From Veleropilina oligotropha (Eukaryota), in NCBI GenBank assembly GCA_048128005.1, contig JBEUKZ010000019.1, forward strand, positions 310,001 through 374,000: 64,000 nt of DNA, read 5' to 3'. The position numbers and the translations under genes are program-made. How positions within the stretch are numbered: the stretch's first letter is position 1; each line of letters starts with the position of its first letter. This document shows, one piece after another, positions 1 through 10,333 of this stretch. The notes under the pieces were generated by a model that saw only the letters and a program-made list of their open reading frames with translations, did not search any database and was not told where the DNA came from.

Positions 1-65
1 ACTGCTGGGAATATGCTGGAAGATTTGGAGAATGCTTTCCACGATGGTCACAGTCTTGCCAGTAC
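1..65 (-). CDS. MOV10L1: Host MOV10L1-like helicase exon (completes Walker A; runs off the edge)
   Basis: AG acceptor, then (G)TGKTVTIVESILQIFQHIPSS. Splicing gives LFGPPGTGKTVT. Confidence 0.9.
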
Positions 66-498
66 CTGCAAAGATGAATAATTATAAATGTACACTGTAT
101 ATTCTGATATGGTGTATCAATAAACCGTATGATAAGGTTCATGACTTTGACAAAGAAATGACAACCAACCAGACGGTCATAGTCACTTTTGGAGGTGATG
201 CTCACCTAAAAATTTGAATAAATCGGATATTTTTTATACATACCCGTGGACAAACATTGCAAATCCCTCTAGATGAGAGGGTCATTAATGTACAAAAGCT
301 GAGTTTAAATTAGACAAATGATATAAAATTACACGTTGATCAAATGCTGGTTTTGCAGATACCAATTGCAAGATAGTAATATCGGTGATACCCTACTGCT
401 ACAGTGAATGCAATGCAATACATGAAAATTGGTCAAAATTCAAATGTTAGGCTAAGCATTTAATCATATTATTATCGAAAGATAATTATAGTTCATAC

Positions 499-729
499 CA
501 GGTGGACCAAAGAGAACATACGGCAACGGGCGACATTGTCCTTGGAGGATCCGGAACACTGCTGCTCTCTGTCTCACATTTAGTTTTGTATTAATGTAGT
601 TGATGCTAGCTCTTGTTCTGGAAGAGTTCTTTGAGGGTATATTCAATTTGCTTGAGTTATCTCCCTTCGTCCTCTGACTGTTTTGTGTTGCCTGCTGTGG
701 TTGTAATTGCAAATAGGATGGGAACAGCA
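499..729 (-). CDS. MOV10L1: Host MOV10L1-like helicase exon (Q-motif and start of Walker A)
   Basis: LFPSY...[28 protein letters not shown](G), AG/GT bounded. Confidence 0.92.
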
Positions 730-908
730 CTGAAATAAAATGAAAGTATCATATTGCCGGTAAATTTGACAAATCAAGCAAAAATATGGTTCAAATGAGC
801 GAAATGAACGCTTATATCAACATGACAATAGTTATCATTTTTAGTAATAACATAAATTAATAAAATAAAATACCACAAATAGACGAGCTCTAGCGAGTTA
901 ATACTTAC

Positions 909-967
909 CGTTCTCTCCGAGATTGATGGCAAACTGAATTGCTTGATGACATCGTCGCACGGAAGAT
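909..967 (-). CDS. MOV10L1: Host MOV10L1-like helicase exon
   Basis: AG/GTAAG bounded: SSVRRCHQAIQFAINLGEN. Phases fit. Confidence 0.85.
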
Positions 968-1199
968 CTGTCAAAATAGATACATTTTCAAGTATTTAGT
1001 GTAGAGAAAACATCACAGGTGTTATCAAAGATGTAACAGAAATGACACCATATTCAGCTTGATGCCATTAAAATCTGTGTTTGTGATTTACTTATAAAAG
1101 GAGCATTTTTATAGCTAGGATATTAAAACCTGGGGTACAGACTGAAATATCTATATATATATTTTTTAATTTATGCTCTTACAAATTTCCTATCAATAC

Positions 1200-1291
1200 C
1201 TGTTAAACGTAAACCGTGCATTGTAGTCCACACCATTGTATTGCTGATGAAATTCTTCATAAAATTTTAGCAATACTTCTTCACATAAAAC
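1200..1291 (-). CDS. MOV10L1: Host MOV10L1-like helicase exon
   Basis: AG/GT bounded: VLCEEVLLKFYEEFHQQYNGVDYNARFTFN(R). Phases fit both neighbours. Confidence 0.88.
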
Positions 1292-1619
1292 CTGTGAATG
1301 TAAAAAACAAAAGTTACTTTGTGAAGTTCTAAATTTTAAAAAATGTTAAAAATATATACAGCGGACTCCCATAATGAAACTGTCCAGGCAATACTGTATT
1401 GTAGAATGTGACAAGGTTATAATTACTATGATTGAATTAAACAGTAAATGTACTGCAAATGAATGTTGGAACCACAGCTTCGATTCAGAGCACAGCACTA
1501 AGATCTAAGATCACTGCCCCAATGCGCAAGATGAACTATTATTCAATGTCGATTTTTATATTTAAAGAAATATACATTTAACGATAATATAAATTTCCTA
1601 ATATATTGCTGTCACTGAC

Positions 1620-1766
1620 CTCATGTACGTATCCCTCGTAGCTTGGAGCCTCCGAGTCTACGGGATCCGTTAGAATCACTTTGTCCCCAATTAGCACGGA
1701 CGGTCGACCCTCTGAGAGACCAGGGACCTTCAAGGCCAAATACTGCCCGATCGGACGCAAACAGAC
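1620..1766 (-). CDS. MOV10L1: Host MOV10L1-like helicase exon
   Basis: AG/GT bounded, 147 nt: VCLRPIGQYLALKVPGLSEGRPSVLIGDKVIL...YEGYVHE (MOV10 VPGLxEGRPS motif). Confidence 0.92.
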
Positions 1767-2133
1767 CTGAAACATGACATATTTCTCGGTTTTATTATGT
1801 GAAATATATCTGGTTAAAGAAAAATGAGGTTTTAATTTAAACCTAATATTAGTATAAAACATACTTACGTCCTTACTCTTGCCATAATAGTAATATTATT
1901 GCTAACCGGAAACAGTGAATAAGTCACATTATGCACTATTAATAAGTCAAAAACGCAAAAACGTACCACGGTTACCTCCCCTGCTCCCCTTCCCCTACGT
2001 TCCCCCGCGAGATCTCGCCAAGTCTCGCGCGACTTCTGAACCATAGAAGTCACAAGACCTCAATTCAAAGTTCAAAAACCACAAAGGAACGTAGTAGAGG
2101 GGAGGAATGCGAAACGCAGGGTGGGTAATCGTG

Positions 2134-2224
2134 GTAAGGACGTAAGTATGTTTTATACTAATATTAGGTTTAAATTAAAACCTCATATGTAGTTACAAAC
2201 ATACTTACGTCCTTACTCTTGCCA
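2134..2224. repeat. DIRS copy 1 internal complementary region (ICR)
   Basis: First half is the reverse complement of the left terminus, second half of the right terminus, joined at cctc-atat-gtag. Confidence 0.93.
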
Positions 2225-3057
2225 GAATAACCTTGGATAGGTGGGTAAGACGTTCCTTACAACAAACCCAAACAAGATAATGACTTACTTTTCACCAATT
2301 CAATCAGCATGAAGCGTCGATTGTGTCCGCCTAGAGTGGAATTTTTACTGAGTATTATATTCTACCCTTACCAAGCGAGAATTTCGACCAGTGTTACCGG
2401 GAGAATACGCCGTGGTATTAGTCGGACGAGGTGAACGGAAGTGCAATCAGCCCCAGGCACGGCCGGAAGGATAAATCCCTGTAGGTCTTACGTGTCATGG
2501 ACCAGTGGCAGCCAAATGGAACTCCGGGCCTATAGGCCGGTAGCCAGAGGATGCAGTCGGATTTGTAAGCACACGGAACCTAACAGGTTGTGAAAGCTTT
2601 AAATCAAAAGCAAAGAATTAATAGATTATTATAAATAATCGATATTAATAAGTAATTCGCATGACCAACTTGCGAACGCTAACATGGACGACATGTCACT
2701 TAAAATAAATTTTAAGGAAGCAAAATGTACGACATGTTACTTAAAAATAAATGTTAAGGAATCAAAAATTTTTAATGTATTGAACATCGTATGTTCGATT
2801 ACAGCAAAGAACATAATAATATTGAACCTCAATCTTTTTTAAGATTTGTGCAAAATTATAAAAGTTGTTTTATTAAATTCAATGTAATCTGGCTGTCAAC
2901 ACTCAGGTCTGACATGAAAAGTACAAAATCTTAAAATAGATTTAAGAAATGAACAGACATTGAACTGCCTCATAGGTGTTAATTTCATAGCACCGTTTGG
3001 CCAACAAAAATAAAATGGCGTCAGTAAATATGCAAATGATCAATCAGAGAACAATAC

Positions 3058-6015
3058 TTACTGGTTAGATGACCTCGGTCTAACAATAACTCTTTGTGCA
3101 GCAACACACTGTAAACTGCTCAAGCCATCAGCACCTGTTGAGTAGTCCCGCAGATAATGTTTGACAAACACATTAGCGTTTTTCCAATATCCGGCCTGAA
3201 GTAACGCATTGATATTTAAATTATGTCGGAATGCTACAGACGCTGCAATCGCCCGGACCTCGTGAGCGCGGACCGATAAAATAGTGCGGTCTTCGTTGTC
3301 ACAGCGGATGTATACATCTCTCACTGTCTGTGAAATCCACCGCGAAACAGTAGTCCTCGTAATGTCGCGGGAGTAGGTGGGCAAATACGATATGAATAAA
3401 CGTAATTTCCCCTGTCGCAAATCACGGGTTCTGTCTAGGTAGAACCGAAGCGCCCGGACCGGGCAATTGAAGCGGTCTGTGTCGCGCCTTCCGACTAGCG
3501 TTAGCTTGGGAATAACAACATCGGGTGCGTCCTCGTTCGGCCGTTGGTTCTTGGCTAGAAAGCCCAGAATAGGACGCAGTATCACCGACCCGTCTGACTG
3601 GAATCGTATATCTCTTAGCTCGGAGGAGAAAGCATGAATCTCGGAACAACGCCTGCCCGACGCTAAGGCGATCAGAAAAACCGTTTTGTGCGTCAAGTTC
3701 CTCATGGTTATCTCGGACATCGGCTCATACGGGGGTAAGAGTAATGCGTTAAGAATAAGTACGATATTCCAAGCAGGTGGCTTAATTTTCCGGGTCGGTA
3801 TCTCGAGTTCGTAAGATCGTATAAAATCTGATATCGTTCGGTCGCTTGATAGGCCGGCATGGGCACGACACTGTTTTAACGTGGTCGCGATCGTTGCCCG
3901 ATAGCCTTTGACGGCGGACACTGACATACCGCGGTCGAAGAGCGACGATAAAAACTCGATAAACTTGTTCACAGGGGGACGGAGTATATTGACCTGCCTG
4001 CTGTGACACCAATCCACGTACTTAACCCATCGGTAGTCATAAACTTTTGTCGTGGAAATCCTTCTCGATGGGTAGATACGTAAGGCTGTAGCTTTAGAAA
4101 ATCCTTTCTTAGCAAGGGATCGTTCGATAACCGCCAGGCGTGTAAACGTAAGTGGTTCGGCGACTCGTGGAGTACACGGGTGCGTGGTTGCATTAACAGG
4201 TCTAGTTTCTGCGGTAACGCTAACGGTCGATCGACGATCAGATCGAGGAGGGTCGGAAACCAAGGTTGCGTGCGATACAGGGGCGCTATTAGCGTTATCT
4301 CGCAACGTTCGGTCGCTGCCTTCTGTAATACCAGTGATAGAATGCACGTCGGGGGGAAGGCATACGCGGACAGATTCTCCCATGTCATTGACAGTGCGTC
4401 GACCGCTAGGGCGGCCGGGTCTGGGTACGGGGAGACATACAGAGGTAGTCGGTAATTGAATTCTGTTGCAAACAAATCGACTTGGGGTTGTGACCACCGG
4501 CGACAAACGTCCCGAGCTACTCGGCTGTGTAGCGTCCACTCTGTGTGTATAATCTGTGATCTCCGAGAGAGCGAATCCGCTCTGACATTCAGCTTTCCCG
4601 GGATGTGTCGGGCTCGAATCGTCGAGTTGAGGGACATCACTAAGCGGTGTAGGTCTATTGCTCGGTCGCATAGGGGACGCGAGCGAGTGCCGCCCTGGTG
4701 CTGTATGTAAGCGACGACAGTCGTGTTGTCCGTGGCGAGCATTATGTGCTTGTTGCGGAGATGTAACGAGAGGGACCGTACTGACAGGAAGACGGCTTCT
4801 AACTCTAGGAAGTTGATATGTCGTCCCTGAAGGTCTGTCGGCCATAGGCCTGATGTCTCGTAACTGTCGAGGTGACCACCCCAGCCGTCGTTCGAAGCGT
4901 CTGTGAACAGGTAAGCGTTCGGCTCTGGTGGGGATATAGGAACCGACTGGTCCGGCAAAGCGGGGTTCAACCACACTGCTGTCGTGTCGGTAAACCAATG
5001 CCGTAGATCGATGCGATCCGTCCACTGCCCCGTCCGTTGTATCCAGCGATCCCTGAACGCCTGTTGTAACGGTCTTTTGTCCATGCGACCCGTCGGTAGC
5101 AGGGGCGCTACCGACTCGATGTGCCCCAGGACAGTGGCCAGTTGTCGCGCCGTAGTTATGTCCGATGACAGGGTGTCTTGGATAACCGCGCGTAGGTTCC
5201 GAATACGCTTCTGGGTCGGCTTCGCGGTGTACCGGACCGTATCGAAGTCGACTCCGAGGAACGTAAACGTCGTCGAGGGTACGAAGCAGGATTTTGTCTC
5301 GTTGATCTGAAATCCCAGGCGCTTCGTCGATGACAGGGTAAAGCTCGTAGACCGGAGGCACAGATCTCGGGACGCCCCGAGGATCAGCCAGTCGTCGAGG
5401 TACATATGTACCCTGTGCCCTAGAGAGTGTAGGAAGGCCCCTAGGGCCTGTACTGTTCTCGTGAAGACGTACAGGGCTGACGATAGACCGAACGGTAGGC
5501 ACCTGAATTGGTAGATCGTCTCCCCGTGTATAAACCGAAGGTACTGATGAGCCGTGATATGCATCGGGACATGCAGATACGCGTCGGCCAGATCGATAGA
5601 CGCTGCCCAGTCGCCCGGACGGATGGCCGCTCGAATCTTCGAGAGGGTTTCTTGCTGGAATTTCTCGGTACGAAGATATCTGTTTAGGTACGAGAGATCG
5701 AGGATCGGTCTCCAGCGGCCATCGGGTTTCGGGACCAGGAAGAAATGGCTGTAAAATCCTGGTGTGCTGGGCGGCGCGGGATATATCGCTCTTTTTAGGA
5801 GCAAATCCCGCACTGCCTGGTCTAAGACCGCTTGTTTCTCTCCGTTTAGGAGGCGAGCGTGTCTTGTTGGTGGTGCCTCGGTTAAGGTCGGATGCCGGTT
5901 GAATGCCAACTTGTATCCGGCACTCACGACTAAGTGGACCCAGTTGCTGTCTGTCAGCTCTAGCCATGGCTGGCTGTGTGCTAACAGGCACGCTCCCACC
6001 GGCGGGAGCGGGCAA
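3058..6015 (-). CDS. DIRS copy 1 tyrosine recombinase ORF with long N-terminal extension overlapping RT
   Basis: LASGRRCSEI, CPVRAL, HEVRAIAAS, GYWKN..FVKHY. Confidence 0.93.
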   Translation of the reverse strand: MPAPAGGSVPVSTQPAMARADRQQLGPLSRECRIQVGIQPASDLNRGTTNKTRSPPKRRETSGLRPGSAGFAPKKSDISRAAQHTRILQPFLPGPETRWPLETDPRSLVPKQISSYREIPARNPLEDSSGHPSGRLGSVYRSGRRVSACPDAYHGSSVPSVYTRGDDLPIQVPTVRSIVSPVRLHENSTGPRGLPTLSRAQGTYVPRRLADPRGVPRSVPPVYELYPVIDEAPGISDQRDKILLRTLDDVYVPRSRLRYGPVHREADPEAYSEPTRGYPRHPVIGHNYGATTGHCPGAHRVGSAPATDGSHGQKTVTTGVQGSLDTTDGAVDGSHRSTALVYRHDSSVVEPRFAGPVGSYIPTRAERLPVHRRFERRLGWSPRQLRDIRPMADRPSGTTYQLPRVRSRLPVSTVPLVTSPQQAHNARHGQHDCRRLHTAPGRHSLASPMRPSNRPTPLSDVPQLDDSSPTHPGKAECQSGFALSEITDYTHRVDATQPSSSGRLSPVVTTPSRFVCNRIQLPTTSVCLPVPRPGRPSGRRTVNDMGESVRVCLPPDVHSITGITEGSDRTLRDNANSAPVSHATLVSDPPRSDRRSTVSVTAETRPVNATTHPCTPRVAEPLTFTRLAVIERSLAKKGFSKATALRIYPSRRISTTKVYDYRWVKYVDWCHSRQVNILRPPVNKFIEFLSSLFDRGMSVSAVKGYRATIATTLKQCRAHAGLSSDRTISDFIRSYELEIPTRKIKPPAWNIVLILNALLLPPYEPMSEITMRNLTHKTVFLIALASGRRCSEIHAFSSELRDIRFQSDGSVILRPILGFLAKNQRPNEDAPDVVIPKLTLVGRRDTDRFNCPVRALRFYLDRTRDLRQGKLRLFISYLPTYSRDITRTTVSRWISQTVRDVYIRCDNEDRTILSVRAHEVRAIAASVAFRHNLNINALLQAGYWKNANVFVKHYLRDYSTGADGLSSLQCVAAQRVIVRPRSSNQ

Positions 6016-6251
6016 CTGGGGCCGTCGCGAATGCCGGCAGCCCTAGGGCCGAGGCTTCCCTCTCCCGCTCTGCTTGCGGGATTTCGCTGGAGGTGCTTGC
6101 CTCTTTGGAGTGGGTTTATTGGCCGGAGGCCTACCACCCGAAGAGGGCTTCGCACGCTTAGAAGGCTTCGGGGCCCGGGTGGGCCCTGAGCGCTTCCTCG
6201 AGTCGGTAGGTGGACCCCGAGTGGGGTGCAGTACTGCCTTCTCGATGGCAC
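3969..6251 (-). CDS. DIRS copy 1 reverse transcriptase-RNase H-methyltransferase-like ORF
   Basis: WRPILDL, SIDLADAY, LPFGLSS, YLDD; RNase H FTDAS/HINFLELEA/ATDN/RADSLSR; C-terminal VDLFA...YAFPP. Confidence 0.95.
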   Translation of the reverse strand: MPSRRQYCTPLGVHLPTRGSAQGPPGPRSLLSVRSPLRVVGLRPINPLQRGKHLQRNPASRAGEGSLGPRAAGIRDGPSCPLPPVGACLLAHSQPWLELTDSNWVHLVVSAGYKLAFNRHPTLTEAPPTRHARLLNGEKQAVLDQAVRDLLLKRAIYPAPPSTPGFYSHFFLVPKPDGRWRPILDLSYLNRYLRTEKFQQETLSKIRAAIRPGDWAASIDLADAYLHVPMHITAHQYLRFIHGETIYQFRCLPFGLSSALYVFTRTVQALGAFLHSLGHRVHMYLDDWLILGASRDLCLRSTSFTLSSTKRLGFQINETKSCFVPSTTFTFLGVDFDTVRYTAKPTQKRIRNLRAVIQDTLSSDITTARQLATVLGHIESVAPLLPTGRMDKRPLQQAFRDRWIQRTGQWTDRIDLRHWFTDTTAVWLNPALPDQSVPISPPEPNAYLFTDASNDGWGGHLDSYETSGLWPTDLQGRHINFLELEAVFLSVRSLSLHLRNKHIMLATDNTTVVAYIQHQGGTRSRPLCDRAIDLHRLVMSLNSTIRARHIPGKLNVRADSLSRRSQIIHTEWTLHSRVARDVCRRWSQPQVDLFATEFNYRLPLYVSPYPDPAALAVDALSMTWENLSAYAFPPTCILSLVLQKAATERCEITLIAPLYRTQPWFPTLLDLIVDRPLALPQKLDLLMQPRTRVLHESPNHLRLHAWRLSNDPLLRKDFLKLQPYVSTHREGFPRQKFMTTDGLSTWIGVTAGRSIYSVPL

Positions 6252-8304
6252 GGTCCTTCATGTCCGCCGCTCTCTTGTCAACGAACTCCGAAAAGTTGTC
6301 ACCAAAGAGAGTGGTGGCCGAGCAAGGTACGCATCGCAACGAGCGCCGGGTGGGCTCGTCCAGCGAGGTACCTTCCAGGCAAGCATCCCTACGAAGTAGG
6401 AGGGCATTGCCCAGGACACGTCCCGTCTCCAACGCGCTGGTCTCCTGCGCGGCAGCAACCTCCTGGAGGAAGGACAGGGCAGCCTCGGGGGCGCCGGGTC
6501 CATCCTCCTGTAGTACGGCTATCGCGCCGTCCAAGAAAAAGTCCTGAACAGACGATAGCCGTAGAGCCCGTCGGGCGGCGCTCTCGAAAGCTTCCAAGGC
6601 GGACCAAGGAACTTTCGCTACGGAGGGAGTGTGACTGGCGGTCAGTCGACGCAACGAAGCGTCCACACGAGCCGGCTCAGTCGCCAGGCACGGACCAGTG
6701 CATTCGAACGGGATCGCTCGAGTACTGGCCCGGAGGTACCTCCCACTACGGAACCCCGAAGGGAACTCGTTCAGCGGGGAGGACTCCACCGGATTGCGCC
6801 CCTGAACGAGCTTGGTGATCGAGTCTACAACCAGATCCACCAGCCCGGACTGAGGTAAGGAGGGGAGCTCGGGGGCTTCCCTACCAACAAACCGATGTGC
6901 TGCCGTCCTATGCTTGGCTACGTCTACAGCCGACCGAGTCGGTTCCGACAAGCCAAGCACCCCGCGAAGTGACGCAACGGCGTCGAGCCTTCGGCGGGTG
7001 GAGGAGGTCGGCTCCTGCGTGCCTGTAAGACTAATGTCTTCGGGCCCGACCGATTCAGGGAGGTCGGTGTGATTGGAACCGAGGTCCTCGTCGGAACGAG
7101 GGTCGATGTCCATCACTGAGGCAGGAGCCGTGCTCTGCGCCATGGGCAGATGGGTAGGTACCGGGCGCGGCTCGGGAGCCGTCGGCCAGGCCTTACACCG
7201 TTCCTCGATCCCCGCCGCGATCCATGCCTGGACGTCCTCAAAAGAGAAACCCGGAGGCAGGACGGGCGACGAACTAACAGCCGGTAGTTCTGTCGAGGTA
7301 ACCGTGGCGCTAGGTAGACGGGCTGCACGGACAGGTGGTACCGAGGACCAGGGTCCACGGGCACTTGTCGAGGGGTCGAACCCGAAGGACTGGCCCGAAG
7401 GCACAGTCAGTGGGCCGGACGACCGATAGGACTGCGGCAACAGTTCTGATCGGTCTACCACTCTGTTCGAGCGAGGCACGGACGGAAAACCGCCGTAGAA
7501 CCCCGTCCCGAACGCAGCCGGTCTGTCCACGTCCTCTAGCGTGACCACGGTGGGTGCACGGGAGAGACCGGGCCCTCTGAACGTCTCGTGAGCCTCGAGG
7601 TTGAGCGGAAAACCCCTAGGGGAAGTCGCGTCGTTCTTGAGCGAGGATTCAGGCGTCGCCAATTGTCCGAGTCTTAGACCTACAAGTAGGTGCCCGGCCT
7701 CTTTAAAGGCTTTCTCTGCATTGGGTCTGTCCCCGTCGCTAGACGGAGAGTTTCCCGCAGAAGGACTAACTGTCCCCTTATTCTTCGAGGCCGAAGAATA
7801 GGGTGGGGATGGTCTGCCCTGTTCAGCTGTTCGCTGCGCTGTCATGTATACCTTGCTAGCCGGCAAGGTATGGCTGACTGCAGTTACTAGGCCCAGTTGA
7901 GGAGGAACGGTCGACACTCGGGTCTTTACCTGAATCTGGGGTACCGGCAAGGTTTCGGTGACTCCCCGAGGAGTCGCGGAGGTTTCGCCGGTGGATCCGG
8001 CGACAGACGTCCCCTTGTGTCGGCTGTCGTCCAGCGTCCCTGAAGCAGACAATGAAGAAACATTAGGTAACTTACGGGTCTCTTCCTGACCCTTCTCCGG
8101 GGGAGGACCCACCGTGGCAGCCGCCCTGGTCGACTTACCCTGGTGAGACAGAACTGCCCACTGCTTATCTGATAGAAGAAAGCACAGATCACATTGATGT
8201 TGTATACTACAGCTACGGTGAATACGACATTCCTTGTGCCTATCAAATCCGTGAATTTTCTGGTTACACCCGGAGCTACTGCACCGGACCATAGCTAAAT
8301 ACAC
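6043..8304 (-). CDS. DIRS copy 1 gag-like ORF1
   Basis: N-terminal Cys/His cluster (CSSSGC..D-R-H-K-E-C-R-I-H..C..C..C), low-complexity middle, LLLRRD helical block, basic tail. The real start is probably the Met of MVRC. Confidence 0.85.
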   Translation of the reverse strand: MYLAMVRCSSSGCNQKIHGFDRHKECRIHRSCSIQHQCDLCFLLSDKQWAVLSHQGKSTRAAATVGPPPEKGQEETRKLPNVSSLSASGTLDDSRHKGTSVAGSTGETSATPRGVTETLPVPQIQVKTRVSTVPPQLGLVTAVSHTLPASKVYMTAQRTAEQGRPSPPYSSASKNKGTVSPSAGNSPSSDGDRPNAEKAFKEAGHLLVGLRLGQLATPESSLKNDATSPRGFPLNLEAHETFRGPGLSRAPTVVTLEDVDRPAAFGTGFYGGFPSVPRSNRVVDRSELLPQSYRSSGPLTVPSGQSFGFDPSTSARGPWSSVPPVRAARLPSATVTSTELPAVSSSPVLPPGFSFEDVQAWIAAGIEERCKAWPTAPEPRPVPTHLPMAQSTAPASVMDIDPRSDEDLGSNHTDLPESVGPEDISLTGTQEPTSSTRRRLDAVASLRGVLGLSEPTRSAVDVAKHRTAAHRFVGREAPELPSLPQSGLVDLVVDSITKLVQGRNPVESSPLNEFPSGFRSGRYLRASTRAIPFECTGPCLATEPARVDASLRRLTASHTPSVAKVPWSALEAFESAARRALRLSSVQDFFLDGAIAVLQEDGPGAPEAALSFLQEVAAAQETSALETGRVLGNALLLRRDACLEGTSLDEPTRRSLRCVPCSATTLFGDNFSEFVDKRAADMKDRAIEKAVLHPTRGPPTDSRKRSGPTRAPKPSKRAKPSSGGRPPANKPTPKRQAPPAKSRKQSGRGKPRP

Positions 8305-9499
8305 GGGAGGGTGGACATGGGTAGACGGGGTAGGTAAATAGGTATATATATGGTAGTTGTGACTTCTTTCCTATGGAGGGAGTACTACGACAACTCACAG
8401 AATTGTCCTGATCTGAAGATCAAAGATCAAGCGATATACCGTTAATAAAACCCCGAACTGGGAACACCGAGGTCGGGTATTTTACCCGACCGACCCGGTA
8501 ACCCGGCAAATTGACTAAAACAAACGGTGGTTCTTTCCTCGAAAAAACCGCCCAGAAAAACACCTGAAAACCTCGTGGATGTTTTTATGTTAGTACAATG
8601 GCGTATTATCCCAGCAACGGCAGGATATCAGAAAAAACGCAAGCGTGATATCAAAAGATCCTGCCTTTTAACAACGCTAGAAATTTTTTTATATAATAAA
8701 TAACCAGCAAATAGCGTTGTTAAGGAATTATCCAATATAATGAGTTACCTGTTTGCAGTCTCAAACAATATCAGATAAATATACCGACCAGAAATTTCAG
8801 CTACACTCGAAACTTTCCCTCTAAGCGGCCATTTTTAACAGCCACGGCGTCCTTGACGACGATGTCGGTTTCACTTGATGTCCAGAACTCCTCGAAGTTT
8901 TGAGAATCACTCTTCTTATATTCACTTGTGTCTTGTATCCACAACACAGGGTTATATTCCACTACTTATATTCTATATAAGTATAATACTGCGCCCTGAT
9001 TTAACGTGAAATCGGGCGCCTATTTCGAAATATTTGCGGAGCAAAACAACGTCTTTCCGCGGCAGCGGAAAACTTTGAATTGAGGTCTTGTGACTTCTAT
9101 GGTTCAGAAGTCGCGCGAGACTTGGCGAGATCTCGCGGGGGAACGTAGGGGAAGGGGAGCAGGGGAGGTAACCGTGGTACGTTTTTGCGTTTTTGACTTA
9201 TTAATAGTGCATAATGTGACTTATTCACTGTTTCCGGTTAGCAATAATATTACTATTATGGCAAGAGTAAGGACGTAAGTATGTTTGTAACTACATATTG
9301 ACCGTAATTCTGGATTTTTGTCATTGTTCAAGATAAAGAATCGGGCTGCAACTATATTTTCACTGCTTGGAAATATTCACAAAATCAAAAGTTTTTGACA
9401 GATTCTTTATCTTCACATGCTAGCTTGTAAAATTTATAAAAGGAAACAACATTTTATTTTTTGTTATAATTTTCACGAAATTATAATAATAATAATAAT

Positions 9500-10118
9500 A
9501 TTTATTTTTTAAAGACCATTACACACAATGTCTCAACAGTCTGTACATCAACTACAAAAACAAGCATTATTAAATAGCAATGGATTATATACAAACATAA
9601 ATATAGTTTTAGATGCCAAAATGTTGTCTAAAAATAAAAGTTTTAAGATTAGATTTAAAAGGAGAAAGTTTAGTAAAAGATCTCAGATATATTGGTAGAC
9701 TATTCCACAGTTTGGGCGCCGCCACACTTAAGGCACGGTCGCCGTACTGTACTGACGTTTTCTTTCCATGGACTTTGAGGGAGAAGGGCAACAGCTTCAC
9801 CTCAGTGCTACTCCTAGTGCGGTATACTGGTTTATGAACATTAATCAAGTCAGTGAGGTAGTAAGGCGCTGACTCACCATGGCGTATAACTTTAAATATA
9901 ATGCAAAGAATTTTGAAAAGAATTCGTTGCTCAACTGGAAGCCAATGCAGCTCTTTTAAAATAGGCGACATATCCGCATGACGATCTAGCTTCCATCTGG
10001 TGACCAGCCTAGCAGCGAAATTCTGAATATGCTGTATTTTTTTGATTTTGTAGTTTGGAAGACCATAGAACAAACTATTACAATAATCAAGTTTCGATGT
10101 GACAAAGCCATGTACTAA
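9500..10118 (-). pseudogene. 5'-truncated LINE (CR1/L2-like) 3' fragment
   Basis: ORF2 C-terminal motifs (SKLDYCN, IQNFAARL, LKELHWLPVEQRILFK, AAPKLWNSLP, FKSNLKT) followed by a short 3' UTR and an (AAT)n-like tail near 9484-9500. Confidence 0.85.
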
Positions 10119-10333
10119 TTTATAATTTCTTATTCAACTTTGCGATAGAATGAAACTTAAATTCAATGAACAGAAAATATTTGCAAAAATGATGGTAAAT
10201 GTACTGGTTATTGCTTCTCTCATTCATCTGATACAACTACCAGCAGAAGTAGGCAGACACAATACAAAACAGACATTTTCTCCAAAAAGATACTTTTTCA
10301 CCATCTTTTTCAGGCATTCTTGACTTAAATTAC

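Larger units (their letters stand above)
1824..9298 (-). mobile_element. DIRS1-like tyrosine-recombinase retrotransposon, copy 1 (full length, ORFs open)
   Basis: Inverted terminal repeats ~1857-2072 / 9071-9286, an internal complementary region at 2134-2224 matching both outer ends, and gag, RT-RNaseH-MT and YR ORFs. AT dinucleotide at both junctions. Confidence 0.96.

Noticed and set aside
1865..2053. Identical 62-aa ORFs at 1865-2053 (-) and 9090-9278 (+)
   Set aside because: They are the two DIRS inverted terminal repeats, with no coding evidence.
2289..2579. Possible hammerhead ribozyme or hidden fourth ORF in the DIRS 3' region
   Set aside because: No CUGANGA/GAAA core found by eye, and no reading frame conserved across copies.
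4180..7890. Many plus-strand ORFs antisense to DIRS and viral genes
   Set aside because: Shadow ORFs of GC-rich coding sequence with no recognisable motifs.
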